From NCBI RefSeq assembly GCF_006345805.1, contig NC_043014.1, positions 21,948,001 through 22,012,000 of the forward strand: 64,000 bases of DNA, in the 5' to 3' direction. A program made the translations under genes and the position numbers. This stretch comes from Octopus sinensis (Eukaryota). Under the pieces are notes generated by a model. That model saw only the letters and a program-made list of their open reading frames with translations. It did not search any database and was not told the DNA's origin. Of this stretch, positions 12,301 to 25,418 are shown piece after piece; the first letter of the stretch is position 1, and every line of letters starts with the position of its first letter.

Positions 12301-14166
12301 CAGGCCCATCACTCATCCCAGGCAGAACCATTCAGGATAATCTCCACCTTATTCGCTATACCATAGAGTGGGTTGGTGATAAATCTGGTAAAGGTGAAAC
12401 ATTGGTACATTTGGACCAGTCTAAAGCTTTTGATAGGGTTGACCATCGATACCTGGCGACTGTGCTTGCACGGTTCGGCCTAGGCCTTGGCTTCTTCAGG
12501 TGGTTTATCGCTTTGTATCACAACATTGACTCGATAGTTCGAGTGAACGGTTTCCTTTCGAAGCCGTTCTGCATCAGGCGCTCGGTTCGTCAAGGATGTC
12601 CGCGCTCACCACTTTTGTATGAGGTGGATCTTGAACCCCTGCTGCGAAGGTTGAGTGGCATCCCGAGAGAACCAGGAATTTGTTACAGCTTACGTGGACG
12701 ATATCACTATCAGCGTAACCATAGTAGCATGCCTACGTGAAGTGGGTAAGGCTATTGAGTTTTACAAGACGGTGGCAGGAGCAAAGATTAACCGGGAAAA
12801 GTCGGTCGGCTTGCAGCTCGGCACCTGGGTTAGCAAGTCGATACTTTCAGACAGCGTTGTTGGGCGCTAGACAGAGGGACCGGTTAACTTGCTGGGTGTC
12901 TGGTTTGGACCAGGCCTCCAGACAGAGAAGAACTGGACGGAGGTTTCGAGGTGGTCTTGGCGGTTGCTATCCCTAAAAGGGATGGCGGAGGTGGCCAATG
13001 TGTTTATCGCATCGGTCATTACCTACCACCCTTTCCGGATTCGTAGTTGATCAAGTTGGAGAGACAGCTCTTTCGCTTTTTGTGGAAGGGCAGACCGCCA
13101 CTTGTGAAACGCTCTGTCTGTTGTCAAAAGCCGTTAAAGGGAGATTTAGGGATGCCTTGGTTAATGATGTGCAGGCATGCTTTGAGGTTGAGGCATCTCT
13201 AGATTTTCCTGGATGGTGAACGGATGTGGTCTCCGCTGGCCAGACAAATGTTCCCTGAGTTCAAAAGTTTTTGCGAACAGGAAGCCTGGTGTTTTCGTAG
13301 ACCGAGGTCGAGTGAATGGTATAAAGAGTGCCCACCTGCTATTCCGGCGCTCGGGCAACGCCAGCGGTGGGGGCTCTACACGAATTTTATATAGTGGGTT
13401 GGTAGAGTCTGGGGGCAACTCTAGGACTCTGGTATATTCACCTGGAAAGCCTGTTCCATCGTACATTCGGGTTGAGAACGTTGGACAACTTCTAAAGGTC
13501 CTTGACTTGGCAATGTTACAGACGTGCCTTGCCCGTTTGGGATAAGCTCGCAAGACATGGTAACCTGTCCAAGATGCCGGGGAGACAGGGAAACCGTCCC
13601 TCACGCTATTGTCCAGTGTCCGGAGATATCTGAAATGTGGGTTTATGCTGAACACTTGTTGTCCGGCGAAAGAAGAGTACGGCTGTCCACTGAGTCAATT
13701 ATAAAAATTGACCCACCGGAAGTTTTAACAAACGAAGGTAAGAATTGCTTTCTCACGGTTGTAGCAATAGCGAAAGAGGCACTATGGAAGACTAGGATAA
13801 AAGGGATTAAGACAGATAACTGTATCTCCGACCACGATTTACAATCATTTTTTACTTTTCAGTTGAAAAGGAAGGTATGGCTGGAGAAGAGGTGTCTGTT
13901 GGAGAGTATTTTCAAAAAGAGATGGAAGCATGTTGCACAAGAGTTGTGCGTGCAAAGAACCGTGTGAATAGGCTATAAAAGAACAAAAAAAGGTACCAGC
14001 GATAGATCGGAGCTTGTGTTCTCTCTGTATTGTTAATTTCATTCAATTTCCTTATATTTTATATAATTTTTATATTCATATTTTAAGTAAAATCATAAGC
14101 ATTACTGATCCCTATCAATTGCTTTGTCCATTTCTGTGTTTGGTCCCCTATGGGCAATAAAGAAAT
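9363..14166 (+). mobile_element. Near full-length decayed Tx1-clade (L1 superfamily) LINE
   Basis: ORF1 fragments with CCHC (CFQCGQLGHIKK); ORF2 fragments with APE endonuclease (IGCVNVRGL, VLLGDFN), RT (KSPGLDGL, LDQSKAFDRVDH, RQGCPRSP, YVDD) and C-terminal CPRC...ETVPHAIVQC; many stops and frameshifts; 3' CCCCTATGGGCAATAAAGAAAT. Confidence 0.9.
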
Positions 14167-14782
14167 TAGTATTTTGTCTGCCGTTAGGTTTTGAGTTCGA
14201 ATTCCGCCGAGGTCGACTTTGCCTTTCATCCTTTCGGGGTTGTTAAATTAAGTACCAGTTGTATACTGTGGTAGATCTAATCGACTGGCTCCCTCCCCAA
14301 AATTTCGGGCCTTGTGCCTAGAGTAGAAAACAATATTTCCATATGAGATTCGCTTCGTAGAATCAGTCGCAAATTTCTCTCAAAAATATTTAAAGGTATT
14401 TCTTCAGCAATACAAGAGGCTGTTCAGACAGAGAATGTGGCATTCAGTTTATCTAATTTCTTTAACGCGTAGAGAAAATCATTAACACTATTTCACTAAA
14501 ATGTAAGGTAGCGCAATGCATTGGGTCCTTGACTAAGGCACTTAAATGTAGGCAGCCCAGTTCACCTGGCCAATTTTTCTGCAAAAGTCAGTGGTAGCAC
14601 TGTGGGATTGACGAGTTGTAAGGCTAGCAGTTCTGAATTTCGTAATCTAGTTTTTTATTTTTTTTATTTTCACGTGAAAACTACATGTTAGCGAAAAAGG
14701 AGTGAGTTAGCTCTTACGGAATCTCGTTATTTAGCAAAGGACGGGAAAATTATGAGCACAAATAAACAATGGTAAATAATAA

Positions 14783-15152
14783 TGATTTCAAATTTTTATC
14801 TCAGGGGCAGCTTGGGGAAGGGGATTAAGTCGATTACATCGACCCCTGTGCGTAACTGGTACTTATTTAATCGACCTCGAAAGGGTGAAAGGCAAAGCCG
14901 ACTTCGGCAGACGAAATACCTATTTCTTTACTACCCACAAGGAGCTAAACAGAGAGAGGACAAACAAGGACAGACAAACGGATTAAGTCGATTATATCGA
15001 CCCCAGTGCGTAACTGGTACTTATTTAATCGAGCCCGAAAGGATGAAAAGCAAAGTCGACCTCGGCGGAATTTGAACTCAGAACGTAGCGACAGACGAAA
15101 TACCGCTAAGCATTTCGCCCGTCGTGCTAACGCTTCTGCCAGCTCGCCGCCC
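14783..15152 (-). mobile_element. Dimeric tRNA-derived SINE
   Basis: Reverse complement of the same head/linker architecture as 9128 and 23681. Confidence 0.8.
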
Positions 15153-15295
15153 TCCATTGACATTTATTTAATTTCCTATTATGCTCCGTACTCGACTAAT
15201 GCTTTATGCTAAAGCCTATGTACACTATGTTCTAAAACCGGGTTATTAGTATCGCTATGTCTAGGCGATCTATTAGAAAAACATATGTATATATG

Positions 15296-15368
<73 letters not shown>

Positions 15369-16092
15369 TGTGTGTGTGTGTGTGTGTGTATTTGTATATA
15401 TATGTGTGTGTAGATATACGCATATACATATGTATGTATATGTATATATCTATATCTATCTATACACACGCATAATCATAGAGAATCAGAGAGAGAGAGA
15501 GGGGGGAGAGAGAAAGAGAGAGAGAAAAGAAAAAGTGGGAGAAAGAGAAAGAGTAAAATAATATATAAATATACCATAGAATATTAAAGAATATTTCACT
15601 TTATATGAGACAATATGTATAAACTCACTCTGAAACAATTATGGAGTTACAAGCTCTAAATAGAACACAAAGACTTAAAAACCGAATCGTAATTTGAACT
15701 TAGCTGGGTCTCACTTGTTCCACTGCCGTTAGAACCACGTTAGCGCTCTGAGACAATTTGCAGCATAAATTATCTCGTGCTGCCGACTTGGCAATGTAGG
15801 AGAAAAATTACGTCATATAACATAGAACATAGAATATGTAGGGATTAATCAATAATATTCAGTAAGAAAGTATTTCTAGCCTTGCTGTGAAACACTGAGA
15901 AACTCTGTCTTTAAACTTCTGCTGTCTCGCAGCAGCTATATTCACACACAGGAAAAGTTTCGAGAGACAGGTGGCCTGTTTAAAAGCTAACAACAGTTAG
16001 TGATCCACATGGGCAAACATTAGAGTACAGGTCACACGTCCGGAATAGTATACCCCTCATAGGCGTTGCTGTGTGGTAAGAAGCTTGCTTCC

Positions 16093-17795
16093 GGTTTACC
16101 GTGATTCATCTGTTTTGTTGGATTTGTGTCAGATAGACGTGTTTTTTGGCTGTGCGACGTTTTTCTTCTTGTGTGATGGGGGAAGGGCGTCGAGTGAGGA
16201 GTTGCGAGGGTTTGAGTTGTTCTGTGTCAAGCGTTGAAAGCTGCCCGTCCTCGGACTATGTGTCGTCTGAGTAAGAAATGGCAGAGTGCCTCAAGAAAAT
16301 AGACAAACCTATGGAAAATAGAAGTTATGCTGCAGCGACGGAAGAAAAGTACGAAGACATAAGGCTGGAAGATGTAAGCAAGTATAAGGAAATGTTGAAA
16401 AGGGAGGGGAACAAATTGAAGATGTTCTCCCACGAAGAAGTCTTAAAGAAAAAAGCGGAACGAACGGTAGTTTATAGGACGTACTCAGTGGCAGTTGAAA
16501 AAATTAAGAACATGTCTACAGTACAGATAGAAAAGGCGTTAAGATCAGTCTGGCTAGGGATTTCATACCTTGCCAGAGGTAAAAAATCTGGAACGATAGA
16601 GGTGTAGTTCGAAAAGGTAGCTACCTCCAGGCTGCACTCGGCAACACCGCTGAAAACGAATAAGGTAGTTCTTTTACCCATATACCTTTGGAGACGTGCT
16701 TCCGGGATTAGGGTGGAGGAAATACCTCCAGGGGTGAATGTAACCTGGCTGGTGGTAGTTCTACAGGTCACTAGATCACCTAATTGGAACTGGAAGGCAT
16801 AAACCCCTGACATGGTAGTGTAAATCGCGGAGGAGGACATCGAAAAAATTATCGAAAGTATCACAGTAGGAGAGACGATTTTAAAGGTCAGATTGGAAGG
16901 GAGGATTTTGCGATGTTATAAATGTGGCCCGAAAGGCCACATTAGAGCGGAGTGTCCTCCACCACTAGAAAAGGACAAGGAGAGACAGAAGGAAAAAGTG
17001 GTTGGTGCTACACTGCCAGTGGAGGAAGATGTAAGTGAGGTGGAACCAGCGTCGAGGAGGAGGAAGAAGCGAATACCATTTGGGAAATGGTGGAGAAAAA
17101 GAGCAGGAAAAGGAAGGAGAGGACACACGTGGCAAAGGTTGAACTCCCCCCTCTCAACCCCACTTGACCCTCACCCACACCCACTCTACCCCTACCACTC
17201 CCTACAGACACCAACCCTCTCCATGCCCCACCCGACACAAAGACAAACATAAGCACACAGGGGCCACAACTTCTGAGCCCACCCTTGCCCTGGGAGAGAA
17301 AATGTATTGTGTTGTACAATGGACGAAACAAGGAACTGTGCAAGGAAATAGAGACATGAGATACGGCAATTAAAGTGGATACGACAGGAGTGGGGAAGTT
17401 GCCGGAGCACATGTGATGTGCGGTGGTGGACCCGGAGTACCTGGCGAGATTGAGGAAGTATATGGAAGATTTTAAGTGGTGGGAAAAGAGGATAAATACA
17501 AGTACTATGCCAGAGCGGGTGAGTTATTTTGACATTCTCCAAAAATATAAAATAGATATATTGGATAAAAAAAAAGGTAAATTGCTGTTATAAATGGTAA
17601 TGAAAAAGATGTATAAACTGTGGTTGCAAATGGTAACAGGTTCAATGAAGTCGTTCGGAGTTGGGGCCGAGCGACTTCATTTCATCTTTCATTGTATAAT
17701 TTCATTCATTCCATTCGTTTTTTTTTGTTTTTTTTTGTCCCCACCTTGTGCTGTCCCCTATGTATAAGGCCTTTATGGTCAATTATCATGAAATA
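16093..17795 (+). mobile_element. ORF1-only Tx1-like non-autonomous retroelement, ~1.70 kb
   Basis: Interrupted ORF1 16278-17252 with CCHC (CYKCGPKGHIRAEC), no ORF2, ends in AAATAAA; TSD AAGAAGCT(T/G)GCTTCC at 16078-16092 and 17796-17810 inside a SINE. Confidence 0.8.
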
Positions 17796-17990
17796 AAGAA
17801 GCTGGCTTCCCAGCTACATGGTTCGCGGTTCAATCCCACTGCTGGGCTGGCACCTTGGGAAAATGTTTTCTACTATAGCCTCGGGCCGACCAAAGCCTTG
17901 CAGGTGGATTTGGTAGACGGAAACTGAAAGAAGCTTGTCGTATATATGTATATGTCTTATATAAAATCCGTTCTGTCTGTGTGTGTGTGT
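17796..17990 (+). mobile_element. SINE body downstream of the ORF1-only insertion (head at ~16060-16092)
   Basis: CCCAGCTACATGGTTCGCGGTTCAATCCCACTG...GGCACCTTGGG...CCGACCAAAGCCTTG...GGTAGACGGAAACTGAAAGAAGC. Confidence 0.75.
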
Positions 17991-18494
17991 GTCTTCTCGG
18001 ATCTCGGGCATCCTACATCCGATTGCGCTCAAATTTGATATGTAGATACCGACGGTATCAGGGAGTGTATAATTACAAAAATCGATTTCAGGTGAGAATG
18101 CGATCGATAAAGCCGTTTTTTTTCCTGCTTTTCTTCCGTCAACCTGTACATAACTGCACCTTCCATTTCTTGTTGTTTTTGTACTGCTTAAAGGCACGTT
18201 TCTTTCCTGCTAAGCTTACTGTTTAAACCATATTTGTGTTCTCCCAGTCAACAGCCTTATCATTACTGGTACTTTAAACTCTTCGGTTGCATATTTGTGT
18301 GAATAAAATCGTTTTTCTTTGGAATAGGAAAAAGTCTATCTTTATTTCTTCTTTTGCTGGTGTCTCAAATTTAGGTTAAATCAGTGCTTCTCAAAGGGAA
18401 GGCCTATGGGACAGTCGGACAAGTTGTTTTGAGAAAATTTGGTTTAAATGTTTGATAACTCAGCACCGTCCATTGGACGGGGGGAGTTTTGCTC

Positions 18495-18549
<55 letters not shown>

Positions 18550-18589
18550 TGTGTGTGCGTGTGCATATGTATGTGTGTGTGTGTGTTTG

Positions 18590-18790
18590 TTTCTGTGTTT
18601 ATCCCTCCGCCACTGCTTGACAACCAGTGCTGGCGTGTTTACGTCCCAGTAATTTTGCAGTTCGGCAAAAGAAGCCGATAGAATAAAAAGCCGATAAAAA
18701 GTATGTATTGGGGTCGATACATTCGATTAAAAATTCTTCAAGACGATTCCCCAGCATCGCCATAGACTAATGACTGAAACAAGTAAAAAA
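18590..18790 (+). mobile_element. SINE 3' fragment
   Basis: CCGCCACTGCTTGACAACC...GGTGTTTACGTCCC...GGGGTCGAT..., shared with 55130-55300 and (inverted) 37010-37200. Confidence 0.55.
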
Positions 18791-19539
18791 AGATAAAAAA
18801 TGTAATCTGGATTCTGCCCCTCCCACCAAAGATGGCCAGACTAACGAGGGAACCTTTAGGATAATGTAGTCTTAGAAACACTGTATCTGTATTGATAAAA
18901 AAGACAAAGCAAAAGAAAAAAATGGGTCTGGAACATGCTTGATAATTTAAGTGTAGGCTATGAAAGTGAAACGAAAAGATTGGATGATTCTCACGGTGGG
19001 AATCACGTTTGATCGCAAGTATATCCATCGCGGACTGACCTGTGGCTAAACAACAATCTACATTCAACAATACAACTCAAACATAGACACTTTGTTTCTT
19101 ACACCGCTACTACAAAGGTCTCTGTTTCTCCGAAAATTCCAACTCCGTACGATTTCCATCTATTCATATTTTGCACGTTTGGCTACGTGTGGCTGCGAAA
19201 TTCGCTCGCAACTAAGTGGTTTCAATTTCAGTCCCACTGGTTTCAGTTTCAATCCTATTTCAATAGTCTTTAACTATTTGAGTTAACAGAAGTTTTGTGA
19301 GTAAAATTTCATAGACGGAAACTGTGCAAAAGCGTGAGTAGTAGATTTGGTCGAATTTGTTACAGATCTCGAGCCCGAAGATTACTTCTCTTCAATCTCA
19401 GATGTTCTGAGAAAGGTAATGGATAGAATCTTCTTCAACTGACAAAGTTATTAATCTGCTCTTCAAGTGTATCTTATCGCTAAGCATTTCGTCTGATTTT
19501 GCCTGTTCGCCGCCTTAACAACAACAACAACAACAACAA

Positions 19540-20960
19540 CAATTATTATCGCAGAGTAAGGGCAATACTTAAGACAAAGCTGAATGCAAGAAACAGGATC
19601 GAAGCAATCAATACGTTAGCCATACCAGTTGTGACCAACAGTTTCAATATCATTAATTGGTCAATTACTGAAAGATGTAATCTTGACAGAAAAATACAAA
19701 AATTGTTGACAATGCATAGAATGCACCACCCTAAGGCAGATATAGAACGACTTTACCTGCCGAGAAAAGAGGGTGGCCGTGGACTTTTACAACTGGAATT
19801 AACATTGAAGATTGTCACAATTGGTCGAGACACCAACCTGAAAAACTTTGATGACTGTATGTTTAAACTTGTCTTAAAGCATGAGAACAAGAAAGCATCA
19901 TACTCAGTAACAAAACAGGCAAAGGAATATCTGAGTGAATTCCGAATTCAACAAATTCCGGAATTAGACACACAAGAAGCAAGCATAGAAAAAGCTAAGC
20001 GCATGAAAACCCGTGCTAAAACTGCTGCCTTAGATATTCTGAATGATAAATGGCCAGAAAAACCTCTCAATGGCAAATACCCAAAGAGAGTGAATAATGT
20101 AGATGTTGACAAAGCCCTGACCCATCAATGGCTAATGGCCTCTGGCTTAAAATCTGAAACAGAAGGGTTTATTATAGCAGCTCAAGATCAATGCCTACCT
20201 ACAAGGAACTACCAGGCCAACATATTAAAGAACGGCAGTAGCCCAACGTGTCGTGTATGTCAACAACAAAATGAAACCATTGATCATGTTGAGTCCATGT
20301 GCATTCTTCTTGTGCCTACAGAGTATCTCAACAGGCATGATATAGCAGCACAGTATATTCACTGGGTAATTTGCAAAGACTTGGACTTGCCCCATGATAA
20401 GAATTGGTGGGAACACAAACCACCTCCAGTGCTTGAAAATGACCATATCTCGCTTCACTGGAACTTCACCATTCAAACTGACAGAAAGATAGATGCAAAT
20501 AGGCCAGACATTATATTGAAAGACTTCAGACAAAAATCATGCCTCCTCATCGATATGACTATCCCAATCAACATAGATGTATTTGTCAAGACCTACCCAA
20601 AACTGAGCAAGTATTAATATCTGGAAGTAGACTAAAACAATACCTGTTGTCATAGGGGCATTAGGAATAATAGGAAAAGGGGCTCAGATACCAGAAAATT
20701 CCAAAATAGAAGAAATTTAAAAAATAATGCTCATGGGAACTGCCCATATCCTACATAAAATATTATCTATGTAATCCTGAATTTTAAAACAAACTTATAA
20801 TTTTCCTATGTCTTCTTAGACATTCCCTGGAACAAAACTTTGTGCAAAACCAAATATATGGCACCCTAGTCATAACCCCAACTTGAACTTCTAACTTGTT
20901 GTCTCTTGAGGTCTCTTGGAGTCAAATTATACAAAAACAATGCAAAAGTCAAACATATAA
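19540..20960 (+). mobile_element. 5'-truncated R4/Dong-clade LINE (RT C-terminus, zinc finger, restriction-like endonuclease)
   Basis: ORF 19499-20617: LYLPRKEGGRGLLQL, CRVCQQQNETIDHVESMC, RHD, RPDIILKD...LLIDMTIP; bounded by (AAC)n/(AAT)n runs. Confidence 0.85.
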
Positions 20961-20965
20961 TAATA

Positions 20966-21042
<77 letters not shown>

Positions 21043-21049
21043 TCACATT

Positions 21050-22100
21050 CTATTGTCAAAGAAACTTGCAAATTCGCCAGGGAACTTGCATTAATTCTGA
21101 AATATTTGAAGAACCTGAAACCACTACTGCAAAACAAGCAAAATGGATCAAGCAGACTGCAAAAAATATCGGGCTGAAACAAATTGAGGAGCGGTGGAGC
21201 CAGAAGCCTCTGCATGAACAGTATATACTTCGAAGTCGAAATGCTGATGTAGATCAAGCAACAACCCATCAGTGGCTGATAAGTTCGGGACTAAAAATAG
21301 AGACAGAAGGTTTCATATTGGCGGTACAAAATCAAAGCTTGCTCACACACACACAAAAAAAACTACCTGGTTAATGTTCTTCAAAACGGTTCTGATACTA
21401 AATGCAGATTCTGCAACACATTTGACGAAATATAGACCATCTCGTCTCGGGATGTCCTGTGCTGACACCAAACGAATACCAAAATCGCCACTGTGGTGTA
21501 GGATAGTGTTTACACTGGAAAATATGTAAATACTACAAAATCAGCACTCTTGCTTACTGGTATGAGCATCATCCTGATGTCACTATCCTCTGAGATTTTC
21601 CAGTCAGCACTGACGGAACGATCCAGGATAATCGACCTGACATAATTATTAAGACAGGGAAGAAAACACTTGTAGACTAATAGATGTAAGTGTTTCCACT
21701 GATAAAAATATATCTGTCAAGGAATTTGACAAACTAAGTAAATATAAGTACCTGGAAATTAAAAAACAAAAGATATGGCAACTTAAAACGAGAGCTGTTC
21801 CTGTTATTGGAGGTACCCTAGGTATGATAAAAAAGGGATGTCAGAAACATCAAGATAAGATCCTAGGAGAACCATGTCTCAGAGAAATCCCAAAGATTGT
21901 GCTGACAAGTACTGCCCATATCCTTAGAAAAACCCTACCCATTTAAATGTTTGTGTTGTATTACATGAAGATCTTTCGCTACTTCTCCCCAAGCTTTCAG
22001 TCACGCTGTAACATCTATCCTTCACTTGCCCCAGGACACTGGGTGTGTCTCGGCAAGTGACTGTAACAAGCATGCAGATCAAAAGTAAATAACAATAATA
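21050..22100 (+). mobile_element. Second 5'-truncated, decayed R4/Dong-clade LINE
   Basis: QKPLHEQY...DVDQATTHQWLISSGLKIETEGFILAVQNQSL; begins after (AAT)n and ends in AATAACAATAATAAT. Confidence 0.75.
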
Positions 22101-22289
22101 ATAATTTTTTCCTTTCTGTCACGGCCGGGGTGGTGAGGAGAGTTGAACGCCCATTTCTTATAAAATGACCCAATGGTCTGCGCAAGACCTATCCGCTAAC
22201 AGTCAAGCCCGACTCCTTCGCCAAACCAACAGGAAAATAGTGGGAAAAGGCGAGTATCTGACGCCTTTAAATAACCAGTGCTCCAGGTA

Positions 22290-23680
22290 GGCTGTACTCG
22301 TTAGCCTTGGATGGCAAGCAGCCTAGGAGAAGGAACACTCTGAGTTCAAACCAGGGAAGCAAGGCTCCTGCCGCCTTGGCGGACTACCGTGATAGAGATG
22401 GAGAAAAAATGATCAATGGAGAAAAAATCTCGGACTGGTTGATAAAAGGGCGAACGATGTTGTGCTTGGAGGATGCATCAAAGGAAAATGCTGCTTACAA
22501 TTAAGACCAATTTCCTGTCTTTCATTAATGTGGAAGTTACTATCAAGAGGAATTGCAGAAGAACTATATAAAATTTTTTTGATGAGAACGATATATTACC
22601 GACGAAACTGAGGTTCCACAGATCAGCTATTGAAAGGTAAAAAGGTAATGCAAAATTGTAAACGAAGGAGAACAAATCTGGGATTGGCCTGGATTAACTA
22701 TCGCAAAGCTTATGATATGATTCCACATTCGTGGATCATCGAGTACTTAAATCTGTTTGGAATTGCGAGGAATGTGACGTGTTTCCTGAAGAGAAGTATG
22801 ATGGGATGGAAAACTGTGGGCACCTTGGGTATCAGAAGAGGGATTTTCCATGGTGATAGCCATGGTGATAGTATGGTAGGAAAAGAAAATGTACGGTCAG
22901 TTTGCAAAAGATCTGAACGTGAAGACAGATACAGAGGACCGGTGGCTATGGATGATGAGGAGTGACCTGAAGATAGAGATATAGAGACAGTGGCATTCAT
23001 ATGCGCAGCCCAGGAGCAAGCGTTAAGGACCAGCTATATGAAGTGCAGAATAGACAACATTGTCGATAGCGATAAATGCAGAATGTATGGTGAGAGGGGT
23101 GAAATGGTATGGCACATCGTTAGCGAATACCCGAAATTGGCACAACGCAAATACAAAAGACGCCATGACAATGTAGCAAGAATGATCCATTGGGAGCTCT
23201 GTGAAAATCATGGCCTACAAAAAGCAAAGATGTGGCATGAGCAAACTCCAGAAGGAGTTACCGAAAACGAGAAAGCGGACATTATTGTGGTGAATAAAAA
23301 AGAAACAACATGCATGATAATCGACATAGCATGCCCCGGTGGCAACAGGATCAATGTGAAAGAAGAAGAAAAAAAAAACAACTATGACGATTTGAAGTGG
23401 GAAATACGAAGGTTGTGGTCAATGAAGAGGGAAGACGTGATAGTAATTGGTGCACTTGGAAGTATCAGCACTCAGCTACCAATATGGTTGAAAAAGATTG
23501 GTGCAAGTGTAAAGGTAGAACACCTATAAAAATCAGCATTGCTTGAAACTGCAAGAATTCTCCGCAGGGTTCTTGAAGCATGACCAGTAAACAAATGTCA
23601 CCTAAGTTAGCTGGCCGTGGACAGCTGACATTTTCCATTATACCCAGCAAAATAAGCTGCGTGTTTTCATATAATAATAA
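22290..23680 (+). mobile_element. Third decayed R4/Dong-like LINE
   Basis: LAWINYRKAYDMIPHSW, IRRGIFHGDS, ICAAQEQALRT, CRMYGERGEMVWHIVSEY, RRHDNVA, ADIIVV...IIDIACP; (AAT)n tail. Confidence 0.75.
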
Positions 23681-24077
23681 TCCTTTCTAATGTAGGCACA
23701 AGACCTGAAATTTGGGGGAGGGGATTAAGTCGATTACATCAACCCCAGTGCGTAACTGGTACTTATTTAATCGACCCCGAAAGGACGAAAAGCAAAGTCG
23801 ACCTCGGCGGAATTTGAACTCAGAATGTAGCGACAGATGAAATACCTATTTCTTTACTACCCACAAGGTGCTAAACACAGAGAGGACAAACAAGGACAGA
23901 CAAACGGATTAAGTCGATTATATCGACCCCAGTGCGTAACTGGTTCTTAATTTATCGAACCCGAAAGGATGAAAGGCAAAGTCGACCTCGGCGGAATTTG
24001 AACTCAGAACGTAGCGGCAGACAATACCGCTAGGCATTTCGCCCGGCGCGCCAACGCTTCTGCCAGCTCGCCGCCTT

Positions 24078-24078
<1 letters not shown>
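23681..24078 (-). mobile_element. Dimeric tRNA-derived SINE
   Basis: Complete head + body + Tx1-like linker + second body + CCTCCCCCAAATTTCAGG...TAGAAAGGATTA tail. Confidence 0.85.
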
Positions 24079-24249
<171 letters not shown>

Positions 24250-24250
<1 letters not shown>

Positions 24251-24823
24251 AGTGAGAGAGCAGTGCATGCCATCAAAGTGATACTGGGGTAAAATATACG
24301 AAGCCCAGCATACCCATCATGACTACCCGTCTGATAAGGGTACACTAGGCACATGCATCACAACCATATGTGCGCGACATGGTGATCTCATATCAAGATA
24401 AACAGCACATGACCTTGCAAGTGGGGCCCAGTTAGAATTTTCTTCTGGTCAAGTAACCCATTCCGCTCAAAAGGTCCCCGAATAAGAGTTGTTTAAGGAT
24501 GTTGAATGAAACACCCATGTTTCCAGAAGTGAATTATTCAAACCCCAAAGAACCCTTCTCAACACATGGCTATGATGCTCCCCCACTACTTCTGCTCGTG
24601 ATCAGAGATGCACATATCATCAGCCACTAAGGGACATGTTCAACTGGTTAAGGTCAAACAACTGACAAGCAAATCTGTGGTATTGAGCAGAATATTTGCT
24701 GTAGCCCATCTTTTATACCAAGACAAAACAATGTACATGATAACACTTCCAATCAGTTAAGATCAGAAGCCACGAGAGCCACTGCCTGGTACTGAATCAG
24801 GGCATTTTATACTGCATCAGGGC

Positions 24824-24830
<7 letters not shown>
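24250..24830. repeat. Unclassified ~570-bp non-coding element between (TTA)n runs
   Basis: Complex sequence with no ORF, cleanly bounded by TTA repeats on both sides; repeat status is inferred, as there is only one copy in the window. Confidence 0.4.
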
Positions 24831-24864
<34 letters not shown>

Positions 24865-24912
24865 GAAGAAGAAGAAGAAGAAGAAGAAGAAGAAGAAGAA
24901 GAAGAAGAAGAA

Positions 24913-24953
<41 letters not shown>

Positions 24954-25094
24954 GAAGAAGAAGAAGAAGAAGAAGAAGAAGAAGAAGAAGAAGGAGGAGG
25001 AGGAGGAGGAGGAGGAAGAGAAAGAGGAAGAAAGTTATATAGAGATGAAGTGCAAAAATTGTGTGCCTATGGATGTTTGAAGTTTTTTTTTTAC

Positions 25095-25322
25095 CTGAGA
25101 TCTCATTGGAGTCATATTCTCAACGAGACCATCACTGTATGATCTTTCTCGCCAATTTCCCATCAAAACTTTAGGGTTTTCATAATCCTCGTATTTACTA
25201 CATCTCCAACCATATTGATTAAATTTCTCATTGGTAAAATCCATTCGAGTCCACGGTTCGCCTTGTCCAGAGGCTCGAATGGCATACTCAAATGGGAAGG
25301 TTACCGGTAGGTCCCTTGCCAT
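25095..25322 (-). CDS. CFAP68: CFAP68/C11orf1-like, exon 1 (76 codons)
   Basis: MARDLPVTFPFEYAIRASGQGEPWTRMDFTNEKFNQYGWRCSKYEDYENPKVLMGNWRERSYSDGLVENMTPMRSQ aligns by eye to human C11orf1 (NADGHGEVWTDWNNMSKFFQYGWRCTTNENTYSNRTLMGNWNQER...PLPSQ, recalled); CAG|GTAAAA donor at 25094, phase 0. Confidence 0.85.
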
Positions 25323-25387
25323 TTTTGATACGACACAAGACGAATTCAGTGATAATTCTTGAATGTCCAAGACAAACACTGGTTGCT

Positions 25388-25418
25388 GTTGCTTGGTAAC
25401 TACCTATTGGTGACGTCA
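25388..25418 (-). promoter_or_regulatory. RFX X-box + CCAAT + CRE upstream of the CFAP68 ATG
   Basis: Minus-strand GTTACC-A-AGCAAC (25400-25388) fits GTNRCC-N0-3-RGYAAC; CCAAT at 25410-25406; palindromic TGACGTCA at 25411-25418. Confidence 0.7.

Noticed and set aside
25323-25379. Longer CFAP68 N-terminus from the ORF-track start at 25379
   Set aside because: That start is GTG and abuts the X-box; ATG at 25322 is the first methionine.
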